From: Nitrosomonadales bacterium
GTDB taxonomy: Bacteria; Pseudomonadota; Gammaproteobacteria; Burkholderiales; SG8-39
NCBI GenBank assembly: GCA_005240145.1
Contig: SBAS01000074.1
Coordinates: 1,712-65,711, forward strand
Length of the DNA: 64,000 nucleotides
Direction of reading: 5' to 3'
The position numbers and the translations under genes are program-made. A model generated the notes under the pieces. It had not been told where the DNA came from. It worked only from the letters and a program-made list of their open reading frames with translations, and made no database searches. This document shows positions 45,199 through 54,212 of this stretch, in pieces; the stretch's first letter is position 1, and every line of letters starts with the position of its first letter.

Positions 45199-46171
45199 TC
45201 TTTTCTCTGAACAGCCCCAAAGCCTTCATGGCGGGAAAATCGTTGAACGAGAACAGCGTTGCCTCCGACGTCGAACCGTGCCGGTAGGGCGTCCAGGAGG
45301 GGATGCAGAAGATGTCCTTCTCCTCCCACTCGTACCTCTGATCGCCGACCTCCGACCAACCGCGGCCCGTGGCCACCTGGTAGATGACGCTGCCTGTGTG
45401 ACGAATCTTTTTCGTATTTCCCTTGATCAGTTCCAGCCGTGCACCCATCGTCGGCATCACCGGACCGCCGGTCAGGGGGTTCTTGTATTCGAATATCTTT
45501 TCTTTTCTCAATGCGGCAAAACAGGCATCCCATTTATAGAGGAATGCTGGAGAGTACGGCTTGTTCCAGTTCTCCCGGGAAAGAGGCAAGGGCGTCTGCA
45601 CGGTCTGCGGATGTACTTCGTAGAAGTTCGCATCCATTGAATTCATGAGCGGAATGTCGAGGCCGTCCTGCCAGGTGCATTGCGTGCCGTCGGCTTCTAC
45701 GCCGTGGTCGTGCCAGGTGCCGTTCGGCGTGAGGACGAAATCGCGCGCGCCGAGCGCCATGCGCTCTCCGTCCACTACGGTATACGCGCCCTTGCCCCCC
45801 ATGACGAAGCGCAATGCCGAGGCCTGGTGTCGGTGGGCGCTGGTGAATTCGCCCGGGTTCATGACCTGCACGCCGGTGTAGAGCAGGCCTGCAGCCGCGC
45901 TCCACTCCTTGCGGCCCGGATTCACCAGCATCACCACGCGGCGCGCCGCTTTTTCGGCCGAAACCAGGTCCGCCGCCTGACGCACCATCGGCTCGACGTC
46001 GCGCCATTTCCAGTGCACCGGTACCGACTTGGGCTGCGGGTACCAGGGCTCGATGTCGTTGGCGACGTTCCAAAGCGCGCCCAGGTCGCGTTTCTCCAGC
46101 TCGCGGTAGTAGGCTTCCAGCTCCGGCGTGTCCTCGACGTTCGCCCTGCCTGTGACGTTTTCCCGTTTCAC
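45191..46171 (-). CDS. bicupin, gentisate 1,2-dioxygenase-like
   Basis: EAYYRELEKRDLGALW..., cupin motif SAHRHQASALRFVMGGKG and a second cupin at the C-terminus. GTG start with GGAG upstream. Confidence 0.7.
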   Translation of the reverse strand: MKRENVTGRANVEDTPELEAYYRELEKRDLGALWNVANDIEPWYPQPKSVPVHWKWRDVEPMVRQAADLVSAEKAARRVVMLVNPGRKEWSAAAGLLYTGVQVMNPGEFTSAHRHQASALRFVMGGKGAYTVVDGERMALGARDFVLTPNGTWHDHGVEADGTQCTWQDGLDIPLMNSMDANFYEVHPQTVQTPLPLSRENWNKPYSPAFLYKWDACFAALRKEKIFEYKNPLTGGPVMPTMGARLELIKGNTKKIRHTGSVIYQVATGRGWSEVGDQRYEWEEKDIFCIPSWTPYRHGSTSEATLFSFNDFPAMKALGLFREKSD

Positions 46172-46239
46172 GGATCGCGCTCCTGTCCGGAAAGAGGGAT
46201 TCTGGCATGCATCCGCAGGTCAGAATGCACGCAAGGCGA

Positions 46240-46698
46240 TCAGGCCTTGCGCCGTGGGATGGGGCGCAGGCGTGGTTCGGTTCCGCCAAGCGCAACCAGT
46301 TGCTCCGTGCCCGTTTGCCTCAGGAAGGCTGTTGGCGTCAATGCCCGGACCGGCGAGCGACGGAAATCACGAATATTCCGGGTCACGATCGCATCCGCAC
46401 CCCAGGCAAGCGCGGCAACCGCCTGGAACGCGTCTTCGAGGTCCGCCATGGGCAGCTCCATAGCCCGGCGCGCGTCCGCCGTTCCGGCCGGAGCCACTTC
46501 GACCATGCGCAGCAGTTTCGTCAGGAACGGGCGACCGTCCCCTTTGAGAAGATATGCGCAGTTCGATAGCGTATGCCAAGCCACTGCTGCCTCGCCGCCA
46601 GCCTCGGCCCAACGCAACACAGCGGCACTTTGAGCGGCGTGAGGATCACGCGCCAAAGCCACGTCAAGCAGTACGTCGGTATCGAGCAGCGCCTTCAC
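46240..46698 (-). CDS. vapC: PIN-domain toxin (VapC-like)
   Basis: MKALLDTDVLLDV...DLEDAFQ...IVTRN acidic PIN residues. 4-nt overlap with the upstream antitoxin. Confidence 0.8.
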   Translation of the reverse strand: MKALLDTDVLLDVALARDPHAAQSAAVLRWAEAGGEAAVAWHTLSNCAYLLKGDGRPFLTKLLRMVEVAPAGTADARRAMELPMADLEDAFQAVAALAWGADAIVTRNIRDFRRSPVRALTPTAFLRQTGTEQLVALGGTEPRLRPIPRRKA

Positions 46699-46940
46699 CG
46701 GCGGCGGGCAATGTGGCGCTTGTGCAATTCGTCGTAGAGCGGATCCTGGCCGCGCTTCGATACTCTCAGCCTGCCGCTGCCGAGCATTTCATCAACCAGC
46801 GACTTGCCTTTGCCCGAAGCCTGCGGCGAACGCAGGAAGACCTCGATCAGGCCCGACACCGTCGTGCGGCGCATTCGAGCGGTGCGCTTGGCTTGCACGT
46901 GCACCTCGGGATCAAGGGTAATGGTGACGCGCGTTTTCAT
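46695..46940 (-). CDS. ribbon-helix-helix-type antitoxin
   Basis: 81 aa (MKTRVTITLDPEVHVQAKRTA...). N-terminal beta-strand/RHH-like. Coupled to the PIN gene. Confidence 0.65.
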   Translation of the reverse strand: MKTRVTITLDPEVHVQAKRTARMRRTTVSGLIEVFLRSPQASGKGKSLVDEMLGSGRLRVSKRGQDPLYDELHKRHIARRR

Positions 46941-46942
46941 GA

Positions 46943-46971
46943 GTATGCATTGTAGTATAAATCATGCATAC
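46943..46971. promoter_or_regulatory. inverted repeat (putative TA operator) upstream of the antitoxin
   Basis: GTATGCAT-N13-ATGCATAC begins 3 nt upstream of the antitoxin start codon. Confidence 0.4.
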
Positions 46972-47002
46972 GGTCGATCAGGAAAGCCGATCGCCAGCAG
47001 CC

Positions 47003-47689
47003 TCAGACTCCCAGGTAGCGGTGTTGCACTTCCTCGTTGGCGGCCAGCTCGGCGGATTTTCCCGTCCAGACGACCCGGCCCTTTTCCAGCATGTAGTGTA
47101 CGTCTGCGACGCGGATCAGCGCCTTCACGTCCTTGTCGATGACGAGAATCGACAGGCCCGCCGCCTTCAGGCGTTGGATGGCGCGGTAGATCTCGGCGCG
47201 GACCAGCGGCGCGAGGCCCTCGGTGGCTTCATCGAGGATCAGCAGGCGCGGGTTGGTCATGAGCGCGCGGCCGATGGCGAGCATCTGCTGCTCGCCGCCC
47301 GAGAGCTGGTTGCCGTAATGGTTCGTTCTGTGCTGCAGATTCGGAAATAGTTCGAAGATTTTCTGGAGATTCCATTCCCCCGGGCGGGCTGTCGCGACCA
47401 GGTTTTCGCGCACCGTCAGGTTGGGAAAGATCTGCCGCCCCTCGGGCACCAGGCCGATGCCGGCCTGGGCGACGCGGTAGGAGGGCTGTCCGGCAAGAGA
47501 CTTCGATTCGAAGCTGATGCCGCCGCCTTTGAGCGGGATGATGCCCATGATCGAGTGCACGGTGGTGGTCTTGCCCATGCCGTTGCGCCCGAGCAGGGTC
47601 GCGACCTGGCCCGCATCGATGCGAAAGGAAACGCCGAAGAGGACCTGCGACAGCCCGTAGAATGTCTGCAGTCCCTGGACCTCGAGCAT
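47003..47689 (-). CDS. livF: branched-chain amino acid-type ABC transporter ATPase (LivF-like)
   Basis: GRNGMGKTT, LSGGEQQML. Confidence 0.9.
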   Translation of the reverse strand: MLEVQGLQTFYGLSQVLFGVSFRIDAGQVATLLGRNGMGKTTTVHSIMGIIPLKGGGISFESKSLAGQPSYRVAQAGIGLVPEGRQIFPNLTVRENLVATARPGEWNLQKIFELFPNLQHRTNHYGNQLSGGEQQMLAIGRALMTNPRLLILDEATEGLAPLVRAEIYRAIQRLKAAGLSILVIDKDVKALIRVADVHYMLEKGRVVWTGKSAELAANEEVQHRYLGV

Positions 47690-48438
47690 CAGAGATCCTC
47701 ACCCAGGTAGGCCGCGCGCACTTCGGCATTGGCGCGGATCTCCGCGGGCGTTCCGGTGGCGATGATGCGGCCGTAGACCAGCACCGAGATGCGGTCGGCG
47801 AGCGAGAACACGGCGTCCATATCGTGCTCGACCAGCACCACGGTCTTCTCGCCCTTGAGGCTTGCCAGCAACTCGATCATGCGCTGCGATTCGTCGCTGC
47901 CCATGCCGGCGACCGGCTCGTCGAGCAGCATCAGCCGCGGTTGCGTGGCGAGCGCCAACGCGATCTCGAGTTGCCGCTGCTCGCCGTGCGCAAGGTTCGC
48001 CGCGAGGACATCCGCTCTTGCTCCAAGCCCCACTTTCTCAAGCGCCTGCCTCGCCGGCTGCGTCAACAGGATATCTTCGCGCGCGGGGCGCCAGAAACGG
48101 AAGCTGTGGCCAGCCCGCGCCTGCACCGCCAGTGCCACGTTGTCGAGCGCGCTGAAATCGCGGTAGATGCTGGTAATCTGGAAGGATCGGGCGAGGCCCT
48201 TGCGCGAGCGCCGGTGCGCGGGCAGGGCGGTGATGTCTTCGCCGGCAAAGCGGACCTGCCCCGCGTCCGGGCGCAACTCGCCCGAAAGCTGTTTGATGAA
48301 GGTGGTCTTGCCGGCGCCATTCGGGCCGATCACCGCGTGTGTCTCGCCTTCGCGCACCTCGAAGTCGATACCATCGGTCGCTCGCAACGCGCCGAAGCTC
48401 TTCGCAAGCCCGCGTACCACAAGGAGGGTTTCAGCCAT
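47689..48438 (-). CDS. livG: ABC transporter ATPase (LivG-like)
   Basis: GPNGAGKTT, LAHGEQRQLEIA, LLDEP. Confidence 0.9.
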   Translation of the reverse strand: MAETLLVVRGLAKSFGALRATDGIDFEVREGETHAVIGPNGAGKTTFIKQLSGELRPDAGQVRFAGEDITALPAHRRSRKGLARSFQITSIYRDFSALDNVALAVQARAGHSFRFWRPAREDILLTQPARQALEKVGLGARADVLAANLAHGEQRQLEIALALATQPRLMLLDEPVAGMGSDESQRMIELLASLKGEKTVVLVEHDMDAVFSLADRISVLVYGRIIATGTPAEIRANAEVRAAYLGEDL

Positions 48439-49369
48439 CTTTCCCTCCCGGCATCAGGCCGGCGAGGCCGCGGCGGAAGAACAGCACCGACAGGACCAGC
48501 AGCGGTCCGAGGATCGCTTGCCAGTGCTCGGTCCAGCCCGCGAGCAGGGTCTCGACAACCAGCAGCACCAGCGCGCCGAGCAGCGGGCCGGCCGTGGTTG
48601 CGATGCCGCCCAGGATCACCATGAACATGATCTCGCCAGAGCGGGTCCAGTGCATGAACTCGGGCGTGATGAAGGAGGTGTGGTTGGCGAACATCGCGCC
48701 GGCGAGGCCGCACATCGCGCCGGCGATCACGAAAGCGACCAGCCGGTAGGCATAGGGCGAGAAGCCGATCCCGCGCGAACGCGGCTCGTTCGACTTGGCG
48801 GCGCGCAGCACCATGCCGAAGCGGGAATTCGCGATGCGGTGGACGAGGAACAGGCAGGCGAGCATCAGCACCAGCGCCAGATAGTAGAACGCCACCGGGT
48901 CGCCGAGGTCGATGAGGCCCGAGAAATCGCTGCGCGCCTTGATGCGCATGCCGTCGTCGCCGCCGTATTCCTCGATAGAAATGCCGAGGTAGTAGAGCAT
49001 TTGCGTGAAGGCCAGCGTGATCATGATGAAATAAATGCCGCTAGTGCGGATCGACACCGCGCCGATCGCCAGCGCGACGAGCGCCGAGGCGCCGATCGCC
49101 ACGCCCCATTGCACCCAGCCGCTGGTTGTGCCGTAGAACGCGAGCACGCCTACCGCATAGCCGCCGATGCCCAGGTACGCGGCGTGGCCGAAGGAAACCA
49201 TGCCGCCGTAGCCGAGGATCAGGTTGAGGCTTGCCGCGGCGATGGCGAAAATCATCACCTTGCGCACGAGGTCGAGGTAGAAAGGCTCCTGCAACGCCGC
49301 GGCCACCGGCGGCAGCAGCGTCAGCATCGTCACGAGTACAGTCCAGAACGCGACGCGAGCCCGGATCAC
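48431..49369 (-). CDS. livM: ABC transporter permease (LivM-like)
   Basis: VIRARVAFW...LNLILGYGGMVSFGHAAY. The GTG at 49369 overlaps the livH stop (GTGA). The upstream 326 aa of the track ORF is shadow. Confidence 0.85.
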   Translation of the reverse strand: MIRARVAFWTVLVTMLTLLPPVAAALQEPFYLDLVRKVMIFAIAAASLNLILGYGGMVSFGHAAYLGIGGYAVGVLAFYGTTSGWVQWGVAIGASALVALAIGAVSIRTSGIYFIMITLAFTQMLYYLGISIEEYGGDDGMRIKARSDFSGLIDLGDPVAFYYLALVLMLACLFLVHRIANSRFGMVLRAAKSNEPRSRGIGFSPYAYRLVAFVIAGAMCGLAGAMFANHTSFITPEFMHWTRSGEIMFMVILGGIATTAGPLLGALVLLVVETLLAGWTEHWQAILGPLLVLSVLFFRRGLAGLMPGGKDG

Positions 49370-50292
49370 TGGCCGCCCCGCGACGGAAACAGGCCTTCGG
49401 GCCTGAGCGCGAGCACGGCGGCCATGAGCAGGTAGATCAGCATCGAGGCAAGGGCGGGGCCGGCCGCGTCGGCCGCTGCCGGCGAGAGTACCGTGCCGAG
49501 CAGGGGCTTGAGGAAAGCGCGCCCCAGCGTATCCACGACGCCGACGATGAGGGCACCGGCGAAAGCGCCGCGGATCGAACCGATGCCGCCGATGACGATG
49601 ACGACGAAGACCTGGATCAGGATCAGCTCGCCCATGCCCGGCTGGACCGCGTAGATCGGCCCGGCCATGACGCCGGCGAGTCCGGCGAGCGCCGCGCCGA
49701 TACCGAAAACGAAGGTATAGAGCAGCCGGATGTTCACGCCGAGCGCCGCGATCATGCTCCGGTTGGAGGCGCCGGCGCGCACCAGCATGCCGAGGCGCGT
49801 GCGTGTCACGACGTACCAGAGCGCCGCCGCGACCGCCAGGCCGACGCCGATTACGACGGCCCGATAAAGCGGGTAACGCGATCCCGCGAACAGCTCGATG
49901 TGGCCCTGCAACCAGTCCGGACGCGCCAGATCGAGTGCGGTGCGCCCCCAGAGTATCGCCACCAGTTCGTTGAAGAAAAGAATCAGCCCGAAAGTGGCCA
50001 GCACCTGGTCGAGGTGGTCGCGGTCGTACAGCGTTCTCAGCGCGACGACTTCGACCAGCATGCCGAGGAGCAGCGTCGCGAACAGCCCCAGCGCCACGCC
50101 GGCCAGGTAGTTGCCGCTCCACTGCACCGCCGCGACGGTGAGGTAGGCGCCCATCATGTACAGCGAGCCGTGGGCGAGGTTCACCAGGTTCATGATGCCG
50201 AACACCAGCGTCAGCCCGGCCGCCATGAGGAACAGCATGACGCCGAACTGCACGCCGTTCAGCAATTGCTCGAGGACGAGGGTGAGGGGCAT
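49366..50292 (-). CDS. livH: ABC transporter permease (LivH-like)
   Basis: MPLTLVLEQLLNGVQFGVMLFLMAAGLTLVFGIMNLVNLAHG. Confidence 0.9.
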   Translation of the reverse strand: MPLTLVLEQLLNGVQFGVMLFLMAAGLTLVFGIMNLVNLAHGSLYMMGAYLTVAAVQWSGNYLAGVALGLFATLLLGMLVEVVALRTLYDRDHLDQVLATFGLILFFNELVAILWGRTALDLARPDWLQGHIELFAGSRYPLYRAVVIGVGLAVAAALWYVVTRTRLGMLVRAGASNRSMIAALGVNIRLLYTFVFGIGAALAGLAGVMAGPIYAVQPGMGELILIQVFVVIVIGGIGSIRGAFAGALIVGVVDTLGRAFLKPLLGTVLSPAAADAAGPALASMLIYLLMAAVLALRPEGLFPSRGGQ

Positions 50293-50340
50293 AAAAAAGG
50301 GCGCGGTCCAGCCGCGCCCTGGTTAAGCAGTGGCCGCGAC

Positions 50341-51516
50341 CTACCACTTCATCTTGCAGTCCTTGTAGTACGAGTCCTTGTGGTTCTCGAACACCGTTTT
50401 CTGGATCTCCATCACCGGGTCCTTGCCGCCAGCGCCGGCCACCGCCTTGAGGAGGTAGAAGTTCTGGATCGGGTGGTGGTTCACGTTGAAGGTGAACTTG
50501 CCGCGGATCGAATTGTAGTTCGCCTTGCGCATCGCCAGTACCATGCCTTTAGTGTCCTTCACGTTTCCCTTCACCGCGCGCACGGCCGAATCGATCAGCA
50601 TGATGCCGTCGTAGCTCTGCGCGCCGTAGAAGGCCGGCAGGTAACCGTTCTTCTTCTGGAAGTCCGCGACGAACTTCTGGCTCGCAGGCACCTTCAGGTC
50701 CGGGCTCCAGAATTTGGTCTCGTACTGCCCGAGCACCGCGTGCTTCAGCGCCGGGATCGTGGTTTCGTCCACCGTGAACACCGAGTAGAGCGGGAACTGG
50801 CCGCGGAAGCCGCCCTCGGACCACTGCTTCATGAACGCCACGCCCATGCCGCCGGGGTAGAACACGAACACGTTCTTGGGGTTCTTCGCGCGCAGCTGCG
50901 AGAGCTCGGCCTGGTAATCGGGCTGGCCGACGCGCGTGAATACCTCGTCGACGATGCGGCCCTTGTAGTAGCGCTTGAAGCCCGCCACCATGTCCTTGCC
51001 GGCCTGGTAGTTCGGCGCCATCAGGTAGACGTCGGTGACGCCGGACTCCTGCATGAACTTGCCCATCGCCTCCGGTGTCTGGTCGTTGTTCCAAGAGGTG
51101 GAGAAGTACAGTTCGTTGCACCCCGCTCCAGCAAGCGGGCTCGCGCCCGCGTTGGTGCCGACCATGATGACGCCGGCCTTGTTCACCGCGGGTTGCACCG
51201 CCATCATCACGTTCGACCAGATGATGCCCGACATGATGTCGACGCCGTTCTTCTTCATCATCTCCTCGGCCACCTGCAGGCCGACGTCGGGCTTGAACTG
51301 GTCGTCGCCGTAGATTACTTCCGTTTCGAGCCCACCGACCTTACGATTGAGCTGGTCGAGGGCCACCTCGACCGAGTCCTTCATGTGCTTGCCGATGATG
51401 CCGGCCGGGCCGGACAGCGTGGTGATGAAGCCAATTTTGAGTTTCTGCTGCGCCATGGCGGGCGAGGCTGCGAAGGCAGCGGCGATCGCTACGGCGAAAA
51501 AGGTCTTGCGCATCAT
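50341..51516 (-). CDS. periplasmic substrate-binding protein (Leu/Ile/Val-binding family)
   Basis: MMRKTFFAVAIAAAFAASPAMAQQKLKIGFITTLSGP. GGAGGAG Shine-Dalgarno upstream of the ATG at 51516. Confidence 0.85.
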   Translation of the reverse strand: MMRKTFFAVAIAAAFAASPAMAQQKLKIGFITTLSGPAGIIGKHMKDSVEVALDQLNRKVGGLETEVIYGDDQFKPDVGLQVAEEMMKKNGVDIMSGIIWSNVMMAVQPAVNKAGVIMVGTNAGASPLAGAGCNELYFSTSWNNDQTPEAMGKFMQESGVTDVYLMAPNYQAGKDMVAGFKRYYKGRIVDEVFTRVGQPDYQAELSQLRAKNPKNVFVFYPGGMGVAFMKQWSEGGFRGQFPLYSVFTVDETTIPALKHAVLGQYETKFWSPDLKVPASQKFVADFQKKNGYLPAFYGAQSYDGIMLIDSAVRAVKGNVKDTKGMVLAMRKANYNSIRGKFTFNVNHHPIQNFYLLKAVAGAGGKDPVMEIQKTVFENHKDSYYKDCKMKW

Positions 51517-51652
51517 GAAGTTCTCCTCCAGAGAGTCCTGCGCCGAGTCTATCAGGGTGCCGCTCCCGGTGTCCACATTCAACGGTATGCCTGGAACGAG
51601 CTGTAAACGCCGCCGACGCCCACGACACGAAGCCGTCGCGCAGCAAGATCAT

Positions 51653-51676
51653 TTGACAATTTAGTTAATTGACAAA
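51653..51676. promoter_or_regulatory. repeated TTGACAA motif with a CAATT/AATTG inverted core (candidate MarR operator/promoter)
   Basis: TTGACAATTTAGTTAATTGACAAA lies in the divergent region between the binding-protein gene and marR. Confidence 0.3.
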
Positions 51677-51734
51677 AGCATCGTGCAGGCGCAGATTGAC
51701 GGACGTCAGCAATCCACAAGCTACCGTCGCCGCC

Positions 51735-52292
51735 ATGCCCAGAATCCCCAAGCCCCCTGCGTCGACGCTGCCCCCCACCATATCCAGGCCTGCGCTCCTG
51801 GCCAGGGGCTCCGACCATGAGTTTCGCGCACTGATCCACGATCTGATGGCCTATTCCCGGCGCATCGGCGATTGCCGCGATGCTTTCGCCGCCATCCTCG
51901 ATATCAGCGGGATGCAATACGAAATTCTGATGCTGCTTTCGCGCATCGGGGCCGAAGGGCTTGCGGTGGGCGAGGTGGCGACCCGGCTGCATCGCTCGGC
52001 AGCCTTCATCACCATCGAGTCGGGCAAGCTGGTGGAGCGGGGCGCAATCGAGCGCATCGGCGATCCCCACGACGGCCGCTCGGTCCGGCTGCGGGCCACG
52101 CGCAAGGGCGGCTATATGGTCAGGCGCATCGCCCCGGTGCAGCGGCAGGTGAACGATGCGTTGTTCGCGTGCGTCGACGCGAGGCGCTTCCGGCAGTTGC
52201 GCCGGTTGGCGGCGGAACTGGTGGTCTGCGGCGATCAGGGCGCGGCGCTTGCCGAGTTTCTGTCCCATACGAAAGCTCGCGAGGCCGCATGA
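51735..52292 (+). CDS. MarR family transcriptional regulator
   Basis: wHTH (GMQYEILMLLSRIGAEGLAVGEVATRLHRSAAFITIESGKLVERGAIER...DGRSVRLRAT). ATG at 51735 preferred over the TTG at 51669. Confidence 0.75.
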   Translation: MPRIPKPPASTLPPTISRPALLARGSDHEFRALIHDLMAYSRRIGDCRDAFAAILDISGMQYEILMLLSRIGAEGLAVGEVATRLHRSAAFITIESGKLVERGAIERIGDPHDGRSVRLRATRKGGYMVRRIAPVQRQVNDALFACVDARRFRQLRRLAAELVVCGDQGAALAEFLSHTKAREAA

Positions 52293-52323
52293 CGATGCAA
52301 TGCTTGTGCGAAAGGGTCTCATC

Positions 52324-53793
52324 ATGCTGAGAACCGGAGCCGAATATCTTGAGTCGTTGCGCGACGGTCGGGTGATCTATATCGGTTCGGAAAAGGTCGT
52401 CGACGTCACCACGCATCCGGCGTTCCGCAACGCGGCGCGGTCTTTCGCCGCCATTTACGACATGAAGCGCGCGCCGGAAAATCGCGACACGTTCACGTTC
52501 GAGGAGGACGGCGAGCGCTACAGCGCCTACTACTTGCGCGCGAAGACGAAGGAAGACCTGGTCAAGCGCATGAAGCTGCATCGGGCGATTGCCCGGATGA
52601 GCCACGGGTTGCTCGGCCGCTCGCCGGACCACGTTGCGGGCTTCGTTGCCGGCATGGCGGCGAATCCATCCGTGTTTGGACGCTACGCGGACAACCTGCT
52701 CGCTTATTACCGCCATTTGAGAAAGACGGACGGGTATGCCGTGTACGCGGTGATCCCGCCGCAGGCGGCGCGCAACCCGGAGTATTACGAGAAGCAGAAC
52801 CTTCCGGTTCCGACCCTGCGCGTGGTGCGGGAAGACGACAGCGGCGTGGTGATCTCGGGAATGAAAATGCTCGCGACGGGCGCGGTGTTCGCGAACGAGA
52901 TCTGGATCGGCAACCTGATCCCGCTGGCGCCGAATCAGCTGGCCGAATCGATCACTTGCGCGGTGCCGGTAAATGCCAAGGGCCTCACGCTCTGGACGAG
53001 AAAGCCGTTCGAGCGCCACGCGCCGGTCGAGTTCGAGAACCCGCTCGCGCATCGTTTCGATGAAACGGATTCGATGGTGATGTGCGACGAGGTCAAGGTG
53101 CCGTGGGAGCGCGTGTTCGTGCACAACGACGCCGTTCTTGCGCGCGAAATCTACATCAAGACGCCGGCGCATTGTTATGGCAACCATCAGTCGAACGTGC
53201 GCTTCCACGAGAAGCTGCGGCTGCTGGTCGGGCTGGCTTCGCGCGTCACCCAGGCCTCCGGCGCCGATCAGGTGCCCGCGGTGCGCGAAACCCTGGGACG
53301 TCTGGCTGCGCTCGAAGCGAGCCTGGGCGGCATGATCGCCGGCCAGATTCAGGACGCGGAAGAATGGCCCGCGGGATACCAGACCTTCAACCGCCGCTAC
53401 ATGTACGCGGCGCTCAACTGGTGCACCGAGGGCCACTCGGCGATCGTCGACTGCATCCGCGAGCTTTGCGGCGGCGGCGTGTTCCAGATGCCCGCCGACA
53501 TTTCGGTGATGCAGGACAAGGGGTTGCGGGAGGCTTTCGAGGGCTATTGGCAGACGCCGCAGATTGGCGCCGTAGCGCGAATGAAGCTTTTCAAGGTGGC
53601 CTGGGATCTCATCGGCTCGGAGTTCGCCGGCCGCCACGCGCAGTACGAGAAGTTCTATGCCGGCGCCTCGTTCATCGTGCGCAATCACAATTTCCGCGAG
53701 GCGCCGTGGGACGATTTCCACGCCGCGGTGGACGAATTGATGGCGAGCTACGGCTACCCGGGCGAGCGCCCGGTGGCTGACGCCGCAAACTGA
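52324..53793 (+). CDS. 4-hydroxyphenylacetate 3-monooxygenase oxygenase-component (HpaB) family protein
   Basis: MLRTGAEYLESLRDGRVIYIGSEKVVDVTTHPAFRN... resembles the N-terminus of two-component flavin monooxygenase HpaB, about 490 aa. No reductase partner lies nearby. Confidence 0.8.
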   Translation: MLRTGAEYLESLRDGRVIYIGSEKVVDVTTHPAFRNAARSFAAIYDMKRAPENRDTFTFEEDGERYSAYYLRAKTKEDLVKRMKLHRAIARMSHGLLGRSPDHVAGFVAGMAANPSVFGRYADNLLAYYRHLRKTDGYAVYAVIPPQAARNPEYYEKQNLPVPTLRVVREDDSGVVISGMKMLATGAVFANEIWIGNLIPLAPNQLAESITCAVPVNAKGLTLWTRKPFERHAPVEFENPLAHRFDETDSMVMCDEVKVPWERVFVHNDAVLAREIYIKTPAHCYGNHQSNVRFHEKLRLLVGLASRVTQASGADQVPAVRETLGRLAALEASLGGMIAGQIQDAEEWPAGYQTFNRRYMYAALNWCTEGHSAIVDCIRELCGGGVFQMPADISVMQDKGLREAFEGYWQTPQIGAVARMKLFKVAWDLIGSEFAGRHAQYEKFYAGASFIVRNHNFREAPWDDFHAAVDELMASYGYPGERPVADAAN

Positions 53794-53807
53794 AAGGAGT
53801 AAATGCC

Positions 53808-54200
53808 ATGCCTGCACGCAAATCGCACCTCGAGTTCGTCAAAGTGAACCTGGACGAAGGCTGGGAAGTGCCGCCCGGCTATCCGCCCGGCTTCACGCAG
53901 AAGATCCTCGCCTCCGACATCGATGAGACGGCCAAACGCGGCAGTCGCACACGCTTGCTCAGAGTCGCGCCGGGCGCATTTTCAACCGAACCGTTTGTGC
54001 ACGACCACTGGGAAGAGGTCTACCTGGTCCAGGGCGATCTGGTGGTCGGCAACGACAAGACCGGCGCCGGCGGGCAGCAGTGCTTCGCGCCGACCTATGC
54101 CTGCAGACCACCCGGCGTGCCGCATGGTCCGTTCACCTCTCGCGCCGGATGCATCCTGCACGAGATCCACTATTACGAGACCAGCGGCGCCAAGCGCTAA
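53808..54200 (+). CDS. cupin domain protein
   Basis: 130 aa. HDHWEEVYLVQGDL...GVPHGP cupin motifs. Confidence 0.65.
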   Translation: MPARKSHLEFVKVNLDEGWEVPPGYPPGFTQKILASDIDETAKRGSRTRLLRVAPGAFSTEPFVHDHWEEVYLVQGDLVVGNDKTGAGGQQCFAPTYACRPPGVPHGPFTSRAGCILHEIHYYETSGAKR

Positions 54201-54212
54201 CATGCGGGGCAC

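Noticed and set aside
46195-46225. Sigma-54-like TGGCAT-N5-CGCA upstream of the dioxygenase operon.
   Set aside because: The motif is on the plus strand, pointing away from the minus-strand operon and into the antisense of vapC, and its -12 element deviates from TTGC. No enhancer-binding-protein gene is adjacent.
48431-53817. Long ORFs 48431-50347 (-, 638 aa), 49231-51606 (+, 791 aa) and 52120-53817 (-, 565 aa).
   Set aside because: The first is livM with a spurious 326-codon upstream extension that overlaps livH in another frame. The other two are antisense shadows of the liv permease and binding-protein genes and of the hpaB-like gene.
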